This document shows positions 1 to 13,690 of a stretch of DNA of 64,000 nucleotides, piece by piece. Both the position numbers and the translations under genes were made by a program. The notes below the pieces were generated by a model. That model was not told the origin of the DNA and made no database searches. It saw only the letters and a list, made by a program, of their open reading frames with translations. Source of the DNA: Octopus sinensis. Lineage: Eukaryota. Position 1 is the first letter of the stretch, and every line of letters starts with the position of its first letter. The DNA lies in NCBI RefSeq assembly GCF_006345805.1, contig NC_043012.1:58838001-58902000 (forward strand). Direction: 5' to 3'.

Positions 1-381
1 GCGTGTCTGTAATTTTTCTGTGCCGGTCTGTCTGTCTAATGGCGTATGTTTTCAGCATATTGTGGTTTTGAAACCTGCGTAAGCATAATTACAAGTATTA
101 TTCTAATTTCATATTCTGTCTGCTGGAAACTGTGCATATATTATACTGCGATAGACACGCTGAGACAGATATTTTTGTATCTCTCTGAATAAGAGTGTTT
201 CACAAAGATCTTACAATACACATTTGTCACCAGATCCATGTAGCCAACAAAAGCTACGATAATGGAGTGTCAAAACAAATTGTTTGCTCTGTAAACACTA
301 CGCAGATGATTCATGATCACCGGAGAAGTAAAGGGGATAAGGCATATGAATACACAAACATTCTCATATACACACATACAC

Positions 382-470
<89 letters not shown>

Positions 471-564
471 TTCGCATATATACATATACAATATTCATAT
501 ACAGATATAGGTATGGAAAAATATTAGATATACAAGTATACATATATGAGTATACAAATACATC

Positions 565-603
<39 letters not shown>

Positions 604-609
604 CCTATC

Positions 610-650
<41 letters not shown>

Positions 651-774
651 CCTGTACCCATATATGCATGTATATATACATGTAGAGTTAGGTACGCACA
701 TATATGTATCTATATATGCATATGTTTTACTTATTAATTTATATATATATATATATTATATATATATATATATC

Positions 775-806
<32 letters not shown>

Positions 807-842
807 TTACATATACACACAGAAAGATAGAGAAAGTCGGAG

Positions 843-879
<37 letters not shown>

Positions 880-1006
880 CTTTCGCATGGATGTACATAT
901 AAGTTACCCTTTTATATATGTGACTGTGTGTGTGTGTATGTGTGTGTGTGTGTTTATACCAATATATTCTGATACATAGGTGCATAAAACGTTTGAGAAA
1001 AAGCAT

Positions 1007-1225
1007 ATATGAGAGGGTACTGAACAGCTTTTGACTTTGGATAAAAGATTACAGGAGGATCAGTTAATCATGAATTTATTCAACATATTCCCCTCTCAGA
1101 TCTACATTTATACTGCAGCGGTTCTACAGTATTTCTAAGCCCTGTAGAAGAACTCAGAAGTCTGGGTCTCCAGTCAGGCCCTTCGCATCCCTTTAAGGCC
1201 AGGAACTTTTCAGTACCCTGTCGTA
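1007..1225. mobile_element. mariner-derived MITE / deletion derivative
   Basis: Imperfect ~30-bp terminal inverted repeats (TATGAGAGGGTACTGAACAGCTTTTGACTT vs reverse complement of AAGGCCAGGAACTTTTTCAGTACCCTGTCGTA) with TA ends. The minus strand reads VDLRGEYVE*, like a mariner transposase C-terminus. Confidence 0.6.
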
Positions 1226-1416
1226 CATGTATGTGTATACACACATAATCATACATATATGTTTGTATAGGGAAATATATATATGCATGTATATACTTAT
1301 TGTATACACACACATATACTTGCATGTATATATTTATTTGTACATACATACGCGCACATGCACAAATGCACTCACACCCACACGCCGCCCACACATACAC
1401 ACATATATTAGCCTTG

Positions 1417-1650
1417 TACAGGCTGTTTAAAAAGTCTCTCCTCATTGAATTTTTTCAACCTGCGTATCACCATGGCGCTAATTCAAGAGTTATTCGATGA
1501 ACGGATTATTTCTTAGGGACTTTGGCCACCAAGACCACCTGATTTAATACCACCAGACTTTTTTTCTGGGAAGCAAGTAAAGGATCATTATACAAGAATC
1601 GCCCGAAGACCATTAAATACTTGCTACGGAGAGCCCTCGTGAACACCCTA
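1417..1650 (+). mobile_element. Tc1/mariner (maT/rosa-like) transposase relic
   Basis: From 1472 translates MALIQELFDERIIS*GLWPPRPPDLIPPDFFFWEASKGSLYKNRPKTIKYL, matching the WPPRSPDLxPxDFFLWG motif around the third catalytic Asp. There is an in-frame stop. TACAGGCTGTTT at 1417 resembles a TIR start. Confidence 0.7.
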
Positions 1651-1721
1651 TCTTTCTCAATATCTTGACTTTAATCAACAATGTAAGAATTGCCCTTACA
1701 ATGAATATTTATTCTTTTCTT

Positions 1722-1927
1722 CTCTAGGCACGAGGCTCGAAATATTAGGGAAGGGGGCCAGTCGATTGGATCGACCCCAGTACGCAAATGGTACTTACTT
1801 TATCGACCCCAAAAGGATGAAAGCTAAATCGACCTCGGCGGAATTTGGACTCACAACGTAAAAACAGATGAAATAATGCTAAGCATTTCGCCTGGCAAGC
1901 TAAAGTTCCCGATAGCTCGTCGCCTTT
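1722..1927 (-). mobile_element. tRNA-derived SINE, family B
   Basis: Minus strand has a B-box-like GAGTCCAAATTCC and central GCTTTCATCCTTTTGGGGTCGATAAAGTAAGTACC. Clearly homologous to copies at 20718 and 56798-57370. Confidence 0.8.
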
Positions 1928-2371
1928 TACAGTGAACATTTATTGCATCACTCTGGACACGATTAGAGAGAATCGTTATATCCTTCCAAGATTTAAATTT
2001 ACTATTCTTAACTTTAAAATACCACTTGATATGTGAGAGAAAATATGACCTCGTTCTCTGATGAGGTTCCAACAATGACTGAAGCTATTAAAATAGATGA
2101 TATATTCTACCGAAAGAATGACACAATCTTGTGTAGTATGCACTTCGCCATCCATATTGTCTCTTAACCAGAGTAGCAATACTTTTCCATATTGCACGTT
2201 CGATTACAAAGACACACACACACACACAAACCGACGCAGTCACAGTCGCGCACATGCGTAAATATTATACATACACATGTATACAAAAATATATATATTA
2301 AACACATACACCCATATCTATCTATCTATCTATAGACATATATAGATATATACATACACACACATGCATAC

Positions 2372-2424
<53 letters not shown>

Positions 2425-4104
2425 AGTGCATGTATGCATGAAGATGCATATATACATGTGTATGTTTATGTGTAAAGGCATTTGTGTGCAAGTGTGTGTG
2501 TGTCTGTGCATACATGTCCAGCCTACAAATTTCGTGGTTCTCTCTTAAACTGTCACTCCCTTATTTTGCTTTAATTATAAAGCATCTTAATTCTGCCCGA
2601 AGGAGTCGAGGCAGCTAGGATTATAAGTAGGTACTGCTCACTGCAAGTATTTATTTATATTGTCATAAACAGCAGCACACAGTGTAATTACTGTGTTTTA
2701 TTTGTAACAAATATCATATAAAAGCCCAAAAGAAATATTTCAAGTAGCAGCTGAACCATTTACTATTGACCAGTATTAACCCTTACTCAAATCTGATCAT
2801 TGAGATTTGTTTTAAAATGCAAGTGTAATAGACTTGATAAGTTTTGATATTACTCTTGTTTTAAAATGGATTGTCGACTTAAAATACCGGTGAGTATGCT
2901 ATTCATAATGTGTATACAAACGTAAGAGTTTGTGAATATTTCAAAGAGAGTTGGACGTGAAACACACAGTGCTTTGCTAGGTACGCAAGTCCCAGTGTTT
3001 TGACTTAATTTTGTCTCCTCAGTTGTGAATATAACGGTTGTATAGCTCTTTTTGCTATACAAATTTTTAAACCTAATATTTACTGATTTGTGCAGAGAAA
3101 CAAACTTAGATTAATATACCCGTACATGTAATATTATAATATGCATACAAACATGGTAATGTTCAAGGTGTGACAGTTCCTCTGAGAGGAACATCTTAAA
3201 GAGACTTGAGTGTGAAAAACGTAGGGTGTCGTTCAGAAAGCTGATAGATCCTTAGACAAGAAGTTTCGACTACGGTCTAAGACTATGCGTCTACTCAAAG
3301 ACGAATAGCCTTAGACATTCAACGCTAAGCTGAACTACCTGTTCTAATTAAGGAATGTATGACGAAGACATTTACTTAATTGTACAAAAGCTAGCCGGGC
3401 TAAAATTAAATTCATATTCACGTTTCAAAAATGCTTAGATTTTTAATAAATTGTGGAGCGTATGTTCAAATTCTTTACAATCCTAACCAGCGGCACTAAA
3501 TGTAAGAGTTTAAGAAAAAAACAGCTCAAATACTCTGAACAACGGTTTGGATAATGTAGTTCTAGATACACTCCCTGCATAATAGAAATTATGTTTATTG
3601 ATCAGAAGTCAGCTTCATTTGGGACTGACCTGAGGCACAACATGAAAAAGACGTGTCAAGCAGGGTGGAGATTCAAAGATGTGTTTTGTATGCCGTAGTT
3701 TGATCTGTTCCAAATAGCAGTAGAGTTCAAATTTCCCCCCTCACATCACGAATAGGAAATTCATGTCACTTGTATGATATTCAAAAATAAAACACGGACA
3801 AGAATTATTATAAGATGTATGGTCAATATTTAAGAATTTTTTTTTTTGCACGTACGCTTGAGTTAGGGCCGAAATATAGCGAAACAACAAATGTAAATAT
3901 GTTATACAGAAATGGGGTGGTATATGTTGAAACAGCAGCAGGCATATTTCTAGACATGCGATTATATAGTTGAATCAAAATCGATTAAAAGGAGGACGCG
4001 TTATCATAAAGTGAACTGTAGACATTTTTATCAAATTGCCAGCTAGGAAATGACGTTTGTATCAGTACGTATCTTTACATGTTGCCGCAATAAGATATGA
4101 AAAG

Positions 4105-4648
4105 TATTGGGTTGTCCGGAAAGTTCATGCCGATTTCTAAAGGAAAGAAAAAGGTCAATAAATATTTGCCATTACATCCAAATATGAACCATTTTGTTGC
4201 ACAATGCGTCTCCATCGTTCCTTTAACTTGAAAATACCCTCTTCCCAGAATTGAGGTGGTTTCATGTGAAAGAATTCATCAAAGTATCTTTTTATGTCAT
4301 CCAAGGAATTGAAAGTTTTACCATTAAGACTATTTCTGCAGAGACCTGAATAAGTGGAAATCCGAAGGAGCAATATCTGGTGAATATGGAGGGTGGGGTA
4401 ACACATCACAGTCGAGCTGCAGCAATTTTTCTCTGGTTCTCAAAGCATCAAGTGCCGAAAATGAACTTTCTTATCTTTCATTTTAAAGGGATACAAAATT
4501 AACACAGGTTATAGGAACGTAAACCGTCTTCCAAGAAAATATAGCTTAAACTGTGCTCTAAATGGTGATGTAGTCAAATCCTATTTTATGGACTCAACCA
4601 TGTTCTAAAATACTATAAATCTGCACGAACTTTCCGGACAACCCAATA
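4105..4648 (-). mobile_element. internally deleted mariner DNA transposon
   Basis: 30-bp TIRs (4107-4136 and 4617-4646, 2 mismatches) with TA on both sides. Minus strand encodes KLLQLDCDVLPHPPYSPDIAPSDFHLFRSLQ, then a frameshift, then NSLNGKTFNSLDDIKRYFDEFF...WRRIVQQNGSY, the mariner YSPDxAPSD motif and C-terminus. Confidence 0.93.
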
Positions 4649-5427
4649 TAACGAGAATTGTTTTGTGAGAAAAAGACTTGCCATCGAACTAGTTATCTCC
4701 AAAGAGGGTTTAAAGAAGCCATCAGGATGAGGAAACCAAAGTAGAATCTTAAGACTATCCACACTCTCTAAGACTTTGTACACGTATAACCGGCAACAAA
4801 TCAGTCGGTGGACTTCTTGGGTTGGACATTGATTTGCTATATACTGTACAACTCGGATCTAGCGTCGTCTGACTCCCTCCTGATTAGTCCAATGAAACAC
4901 AGTCTTCAAAGGCAACCGATTTAATCATACAAAAGTGTTAGGGAAATGGCTGCAAATAAGTATGTATAGAATTCTATGGCTAAGTCCAGTGATAGTGCAA
5001 ATTTTGAGTACTGCTCTGTATATAAGAAATATCACTTTATCGAAATAAGCCGTCTAAGAGCCCAATATCAGATAATGACAAAGTTATGCACTCTTTAGCA
5101 AGACATTTGGTATAACACTCTTACACAATCTTCTGAAGCATAACATACATGTCAGTCACATAAAATAGTTTGCACAAACTGAATATCAACTTATTTACCT
5201 TTTATGTAATCTCAAGTCTGTGAAGGATCATAAGCTTGGTTGAAAGACTGGGATCTAGTGACTAGCATACATGGAAACACGTTGAACCTTCTCATTTAGA
5301 CGTAAATACAAAAAACTCCTCTCGAAAACACACAATTATATATCAGTCTATCTATCTATCTATCCATCTACCATTTTTCCGTCTTCCGACATGTATATCC
5401 GTTTGTGTATATATATATATACATCCT

Positions 5428-5835
5428 CTTTCTCTCTTTTTTTACTTGTTTCAGTCATTTGACCGCGGCTACACTGGAGCACCGCCTTTAATCGAGCAAC
5501 TCGACCCCGGGGACTTATTCTTTGTAAGCCCAGTACTTATTCTATCGGTTTCTTTTGCATAACCGCTAGGTGGCGGGGACATAAACACGCCAGCATCGGT
5601 TGTCAAGCAATGCTAGGGGAACAAGCACAGACACAGAAACATACACGCACACACATATATATATATATACATACGACGGGCTTCTTTCAGTTTCCGTCTA
5701 CCAAATCCACTCACAAGGCTTTGGTCGGCACGAGGCTAAAGTACAAGACATTTGCCCAACGTGCCACGCAGTGGGACTGAACCCGGAACCATGTGGTTGG
5801 TAAGCAAGCTACTTACCACACAGCCACTCCTGCGC
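5428..5835 (-). mobile_element. tRNA-derived SINE, family A
   Basis: Head GGAGTGGCTGTGTGGTAAG (A box) and GGGTTCAGTCCC (B box), conserved body, internal (TA)/(TG) microsatellite, and 3' tail CAGTCAAATGACTGAAACAAGTAAAA. Aligns by eye to eight other copies in the window. Confidence 0.88.
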
Positions 5836-6002
5836 ATATATATATATATGCATGTATGTGTATATACACCCCAGCCCCCATATATATTTGACCGTGATCA
5901 CCGTGACCGACCAGATTATCAGATGTTAAACATCACTGGTCCCAATGCGCTTCGCATTGTTAGAGCCATCAAATGACGCCACCCCGCTGGCTAAGCGAGC
6001 AG

Positions 6003-6043
<41 letters not shown>

Positions 6044-6415
6044 TCATCTGTGTTTGCTGAGATAAGTTGTAGGATTGTAGTTCCGTCGTTCAAAATATAT
6101 CTATTTAGATATACTCTATAAAATTTACATTCCAAACTTCCTTCTATATTTGCTAAATCAATACATGGTTATTAAGCATAGATACAAACATGCACGCGCG
6201 CGCACAAATACACATACTCACACGCACAAAACTACTCACACACTCACAAGAAACGCAAACATATATACATATAGACACACAGAACCTCTTGCGAACATAT
6301 TTATATGTATATGTTTAGATACAGATTCATGCTATTTGCATCATGTACGTATGTGTGTCTATACATATATGTGTATATATATGTATATATATATATATGC
6401 ATATATATATGTATG

Positions 6416-6467
<52 letters not shown>

Positions 6468-7255
6468 TATATGCATTTATATATATATATACATATATAC
6501 ATATGTATATTTGTTTATCAATTTTATAAATACAAAAACTGTTTGCATTGTCACGGCTTCCTTTTATTTCAAATTCAGATATGCAATACTTTATAAATTT
6601 TTATCAAATCATAATAATATTGAATTACAAACACATCATGTTAGTCCGCTTGACAAAATACTTAGATTTTTTTTTTATGTATTTACATATTTATTTTGTG
6701 CAGTTTGCCAACACGAATAAGGAATTTGGAAAAGAAATAATCAGATATGTAGGAAAAGAATTAATTTTCGCCAAATAAATCATGCTGATGAGGGAATCTG
6801 TTGCTTGGGAAGGATGAATATCTCATCCACGCTACCAAGTCAACGACGTTTCTTCGCATCTATCCTCTGTGAACGTATTTAGATTGTCGCAATATAAACT
6901 GGAAATTGGACCGTAAATTGGAACCAAGGCGATTGCAGTACAGAAGATACATGTAAGTCATTCAGAACACACACAATCTGTTACTTTCACTTAATTATTT
7001 ATCATTCGATGTCAAAATATGCGTTGCATCTACTGCTACCTTGTTATCGACGCACAGCCGCTGCGTCTAGTTTTTGACGATGTCTTTGATTGAAAGAGAT
7101 GTGTGTATTTTTCCCTTGTTAACAATTAACACGGAAAAATAGATAGTTACCAAGGTAGCAAAAAATCACACAAGTCGAAGTAAAAGAATTTGAATTACAC
7201 CTGCGTTAAAACCATTTATTTATATACATACATCATACATACACAAACACATATT

Positions 7256-7323
<68 letters not shown>

Positions 7324-8001
7324 GGTTCTGTAGTAAAATTATTTACTTAGTCTTAACGACATTATTTGGGTGATGATTCCCCTTTATATGTATCCTCAAT
7401 CAACGAAAATTTTAATATATGCACTCTGTTTCATCGAATATAAATACTATCCAAATTAGTCGAAATTATTCGAGACCGGGTTTTGAAAGTAAAACGATTG
7501 TAGTATGGAAGATACATGGAAACCATTCAAAAACACACAAAGTCTGTTATCTACAGTGGAACATTTATCATTTGATGTCAAAATTTACGTCTACATCTAG
7601 TTTGTGGCGAGGTCGTTAGTTGATATATAGAGACGCCATAGTTTTAAATATTTACTTAGTCTCAACAACACTACCTGCGCAAAGATTTGTGTTCACATGT
7701 ACCCTTAATCAAAGTAAATTTAAGTATATGTACCCTCTTTCGGCGAACCTAAATACAATAAATATTTTTAGTTCTCTACTTAGCCAGGCAAGTCAATTTA
7801 TCTAAGACCGTGTTTTGAAAGTAAAACAATAGCCGTGTGTAAGATACATTGAAGCCATTCAAAAACATACAAAGATTGTTATACTCACTTAAACATTTAT
7901 CATTCGATGTCAAAAGATATGCCACACCTACAGCGACCTTGATACTGACACGATTTTTCTACATACAATTTGTATCGAGGTTCTTGGTCGGTATATATAT
8001 A

Positions 8002-8217
8002 TACTCTTTTACTCTTTTACTTGTTTCAGTAATGTGACTGCGGCCATGCTGGAGCACCGCCTTTAGTCGAGCAAATCGACCCCGGGACTTATTCTTTGTA
8101 AGCCCAGTACTTACTCTATCGGCCTCTTTTGCCGAACCGCTAAGTGACGGGGACGTAAACACACCAGCATCGGTTGTCAAGCAATGCTAGAGGGACAAAC
8201 ACAGACACACACATACA

Positions 8218-8263
<46 letters not shown>

Positions 8264-8425
8264 GACAGGCTTCTTTCAGTTTCCGTCTACCAAATCCACT
8301 CACAAGGCTTTGGTCGATCCGAGGCTATAGCAGAAGACATTTGCCCAAGATGCTACGCAGTGGGACTGAACCCGGAACCATGTGGTTGGTTAGCAAGCTA
8401 CTTACCACACAGCCACTCCCGCGCC
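8002..8425 (-). mobile_element. tRNA-derived SINE, family A
   Basis: Full-length copy with the same head, body, internal microsatellite and tail as 5428-5835. Confidence 0.9.
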
Positions 8426-8584
8426 TTATATATATAATTGCAAAGATAATCTGGAATTCGACTGATGATAGAAAACTGAATGATCCGTCCTTGTTTTCCT
8501 TATATCGTCTGTCTGGATGTTTTGCGTTCTTGTTATATTTTTGTATTTTACAACACACACACACACACACACACACACACCACA

Positions 8585-8680
<96 letters not shown>

Positions 8681-9232
8681 GGTGCCATGGTTATAACATC
8701 CTTACTAGTTTTCGATGTAGGTCATTCTTTCTGGTTGGGTCATCAAAACTGGTCAGTCACCTTGGTATTTGCTTACGTTTTGCGTATCCTCTCGCCTATC
8801 ATTCCTTTTTCCTTCCTTTGACATCTAATACAGTCAGTCAGAAGATTAATAACTACTGATGTCAAGGTTAGAACAAAATACATAGAAACCTTATTTCAGT
8901 TCTCTCTTAACGTTTAGGTTCTGTCATGAAAAGCAGGCATTGTGTTTGTAACATTCCAAGAGAAAAATATATTTCATATATTTTATAATTAAGAATGTAG
9001 AGATAATTAAATAAAAGTTTTCTTTGTCACGGCTACTTTTGTTAAAATTTCAAATTCTCATTGCCCGAAGCATACTCTCAAAACAAGAAATAACATATTT
9101 ATAAATATGCCTGTGTTTATGGATATACATTTATATATATTTATATAAGTTTATATAAATCTAAACACACACACGTGCGCATATTTGTATGTACATATAT
9201 ATTATATATATATACAGACACACATATATTGC

Positions 9233-9282
<50 letters not shown>

Positions 9283-9493
9283 CCTATATATCAATTTATA
9301 ATTATATAGATAGATAGATGTACGTGTGTATGTATTTATGTATACGTGTGTGTATATATATATATATTAACCTATATATACATATTATAATTATATAGAT
9401 AGATAGATGTACGTGTGTATGTATTTATGTATACATATATGTATGTATATATGATATTATATATGAATATATATGTATATATGTATATATATA

Positions 9494-9528
<35 letters not shown>

Positions 9529-9876
9529 TGTGTGTGTAGTTACATACATTTATGTCTATACACGAACACACATTTATTAAAAAGGATTTGTAGGTGTTTA
9601 TGCGCGTGTGCAAATATAAATATACACATATAAGTGAGTATACCCATGCATGTGTATATGCTTACAATCGTTATTGCGCAAAAGTATCTGGCAAGACTCA
9701 ATATAAAGATAAGGTACGTGAATATTGACTAATATCATTTTACATACAAAACTACACATCTCTACTATAAGTATCTACGTTTAGACACACACACATATGT
9801 GAGTGTGTGCATGCACCACATCACCCATATATCAAAGTACATTATATATATAATATTATATATATATAATATATAT

Positions 9877-9907
<31 letters not shown>

Positions 9908-10292
9908 CATATTCATCTTCATATTGCTATTTGTGTGTTCCTATGTGTTCTTATAGAGTCGATGGAAAGACACTTTAATTATGCTGTATATACATACATC
10001 ATACAGCGGTAAACCTTGTAGTTTCAGTCTTGACTAGCACACAGCTGAAGATGACTATCGCTCTTACTAAACGTTAAAGAATTCAGATTTCACTATCAGG
10101 CTTGTAAAACACTGTTGCTGTATTATTTGTTGAAGGATCGATTTTTATAGATGGTTATACAAAACCTCCATAAAGATAGGTACATTTATAAATAAATAAA
10201 TAAATAAATAAATAGATAAATAAATAAATAAATATATAAATATATATATAATATATATACATATGTATGTACTATATATATGTATATATATT

Positions 10293-10323
<31 letters not shown>

Positions 10324-10343
10324 ATGTATATATTATATATATC

Positions 10344-10374
<31 letters not shown>

Positions 10375-11043
10375 CAACCACGCACTTTTATGTATGTATC
10401 TATGTATGTTTATATATATATATATATAATATATGTGTGTGTGTGTGTGTTGTGTGTGTGTGTATGTATACGGTGTGTGTATGTATATATGTGTGTGTAT
10501 ATGTATATACATTTACGTAGAAATGCATTTATATGTATTTGTGTATTTGTGAATGCGTTGGGATTTGGGTGCTTGCGCTTTTGTGCGTACGTGCATGGCC
10601 GTTTGCGTGCATGTATGTGCATACATATACGCGTTGTAATACTTGCCACCATTCTCATTTATCTATATATTTATCAGTTTGGTTCCGTGTATAGATGCAA
10701 TGGCACCACTGTAATGTTTCTTTATCATAAATTGTCAGATTATTTTCTTAGTTATCATACAATATTTACTGTGTTTTTTGTTTACCGTGTCAGACATTCG
10801 TTCACGTTACTGTTGAAATATACGTCAGTCTACTACGAAACTCGCTTGCTGTTGTTTATCGCAAGTGTTCTCTGTTCGTATCTTTTGTCTTAGCTTTACT
10901 ATTTTCGATATTCATCTCGAGACAGTAAAGCTCTCAGTTGACGTGTACAATGTTGACTCTTAAGAATGAGATAGATACGTATATTTATTGGCTAAGCGAT
11001 AAAACCCTAAATGATTTTGATCTCACTTGATTAATGTCCAGGA

Positions 11044-11074
<31 letters not shown>

Positions 11075-11075
11075 C

Positions 11076-11136
<61 letters not shown>

Positions 11137-11149
11137 TGTGTGAGTGTGG

Positions 11150-11185
<36 letters not shown>

Positions 11186-11689
11186 TTTTATGCTTGAATT
11201 TAATTTACTGGAAATTTCTAAAGCTATTCACACTAACATTTTCAAATCCTTAAAATCTGGAGTTCAAAACATATCACTGGTCTGTCGATTCCGCATTGCG
11301 CAGATAGTGCGTTTCCTGTCCACAGCCTCAGCTTTTTGGAAATACTAATCCACTCACATAAACACACACACACACGCACACACATCCAGATACATATATG
11401 TGTGTCTGTGTGTGTGTGTATATTTATATATATATATCTATATATATATATATGTGTGTGTATATGTATGTATATATATAATATATATAGATATATATAT
11501 ATATATAGATATTATATATATAATATATATAATACATATATAATATACACACATATATATACATGTATGTATATAGGTCGTTCGATGACGGATGAAGTTC
11601 GTACAATTTCTTAGAGATCAAGTGTTTTTGTTCAAATCACCTAACTCCCCCTCCATCAGGTGTTCAGGTGTGCCGCAATTCAGAGGGCG

Positions 11690-11815
11690 TGATGCTCAGA
11701 GAACAACGCGATATGGAGTATTTGGCTGAAGAACACAAGACACTGCCCAATCTAAGAATAGAAACCACAATCTAGCGATCGTGATAGTCGCCCCTAACCA
11801 CTAGGTTATGTGCCT
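11690..11815 (-). mobile_element. degenerate tRNA-derived SINE head
   Basis: Minus strand GGCACATAACCTAGTGGTTAGG (A-box-like) ... GGTTTCTATTC (B-box-like). No complete cloverleaf or CCA. Confidence 0.5.
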
Positions 11816-12176
11816 TCTGTCTGTCGTGGCCTGGAGTTACTAGTAGCCACTGTGTGTATCAAGAGACATATCTCTTCATACACACTGTAGTTATTACTAA
11901 TTCCAATCCTTGACCGACAGATAACATTCTTTTGAAGCTGAGAATTTGAACCTACGGCAACAATATTTATATATCGCCTGACGAAACACAAGATCTAATA
12001 ATTTAAGGAAAACGTTGCATAAATAAGTGTCTGCAAGCCTGGAAATCTATGTAGAAACAATTATAAGCGATCGCAAATAAATGTCCACCCATACCCCTTT
12101 TCTTGATTCTAAGTTTTTCATTATATATATATATATCTATATATAATATATATATATTATATAATATATATATAGT

Positions 12177-12346
12177 CCACAGGAGTGGCTGTGTGGTACG
12201 TAGCTTGCTAACCAACCCCATGGTTCCGGGTTCAGTCCCACTGCGTGGCATCTTGGGCAAGTGTCTTCTGCTATACCCCGGGCCGACCAATGCCTTGTGA
12301 GTGGATTTGGTAGACGGAAAACTGAAAGAAGCCTGTCGTATATATG

Positions 12347-12379
<33 letters not shown>

Positions 12380-12600
12380 ATGTGTTTGTGTGTCTGTGTT
12401 TGTCCCCCTAGCATTGCTTGACAACCGATGCTGGTGTGTTTACGTCCCCGTTACTTAGCGGTTCGGCAAAAGAGATTGATAAAATAAGTACTGGGCTTAC
12501 AAAGAATGAGTCCCGGGGTCGAGTTGCTCGACTAAAAGGCGGTGCTCCAGCATGGCCGCAGTCAAATGACTGAAACAAGTAAAAGAGAGTAAAAGAGAGT
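12177..12600 (+). mobile_element. tRNA-derived SINE, family A
   Basis: Full-length plus-strand copy, AGGAGTGGCTGTGTGG...GGGTTCAGTCCC...GACTGAAACAAGTAAAAGAGAGTAAAAGAG. Confidence 0.9.
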
Positions 12601-13039
12601 ATATATATATAAATACGTACTTATATATATATACATATAGATAGTTCTTTCCATGTTTGTGTGTTACTATGAAGCAGATCGTCTATATATTCACAGAAAT
12701 ATCTTGATTATTAAAATATTGTGATATGTCCGTTCTCCCTATATTCATTTTGTTGCTATTACTTTGGTTTAACACCTCAGGTCAGCCCTGACTAAGAGTT
12801 AATGCAATGAAATACTTTTCACACGTGACCAATAAGTTCTTTAAAGACAAGAAAATTTGTGAGACTACTATATCATCCGAAGGGTTACTTTCTCTCTCCC
12901 CAACTCCTATCTCTCTCTCTCTTTCTCTCTGTTGCAAATTATCAATTTAGTCATATTTGGTTGCTATTTCTAGCAGATCGATTGATTACATAAAGGTCCA
13001 TTTGTTACAATGAGTACTTGTATTCCTTTTTAGAAAAAA

Positions 13040-13690
13040 TATTGACGCAGTACCGGGTTAGTGTGACGTTCATTCGTTTCCCAGAGATCTTATCGGAGGA
13101 ATAAAAATTAGCGGGTATTCTTTGATAGTCGGTGTATTATTTATTTGGTCTACAGCACTTACTGTAGAAATAATATAAATATTGGTATATTTTGATTAAG
13201 CAAAACGTATGTCGTGATGGCATGATATAAACACTAATATCTTTCCTGGGGATATTAGCAGCCTTGTAGAAAAGAAACTGGTTTTCCGTCTTCCAATATC
13301 CGGTGTATTAAACTAAATATTGATATATTTTGATTACACAAAAGACCGACCTCTATATATTTTAGAGAATGTTGTCATGGAATGTTCTATAATTAAATCC
13401 TTTACCATGGATATTTACGGCTTTATAGAATTGAAAATGGTTTGCTGCCTGCTATAGCCAGGATATTAAACTAAACTTTAGTATCTTTTAATTAGGCAAC
13501 GGATCCTTTATATATTTTTAAGATTGCGTCGATGGGATGTTAAAATGTTCATTCGTTTCCAATGGATAGTATCAGCCTTGTGGAACAGAAATTAGGTTGC
13601 GGTTTCCGCTTTCTTTATACACAGGATATTAGCTTTCCCTCTAGCCGCGCTTACTACAGAAATAATCTAAATATTAGTCTCCTATACAAT
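13040..13690. repeat. degenerate tandem repeat, ~140-160 bp period, about 4 units
   Basis: Recurring TAAATATTG(G/A)TATATTTTGATTA-like motif near 13177, 13315 and 13472, and GATATTAGCAGCCTTGTAGAA-like motif near 13251, 13410 and 13565. Confidence 0.6.

Noticed and set aside
2058-2064. CTGATGA motifs at 2058 and 6785, and CTGAAGA near 10035 and 43465, as further hammerheads
   Set aside because: None has a correctly placed GAAA with stem II and a stem I partner.
5920-6006. Short hairpins (CAATGCG-CTT-CGCATTG) as a structured ncRNA
   Set aside because: Too short to exceed chance, and more likely a fragment of an interspersed repeat tail.
12177-12250. tRNA-like heads of SINE families A, B, C and the 57.7 kb element as real tRNA genes
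   Set aside because: A and B boxes are present, but there is no complete cloverleaf or acceptor stem, and each continues into a repeat body found in multiple copies.
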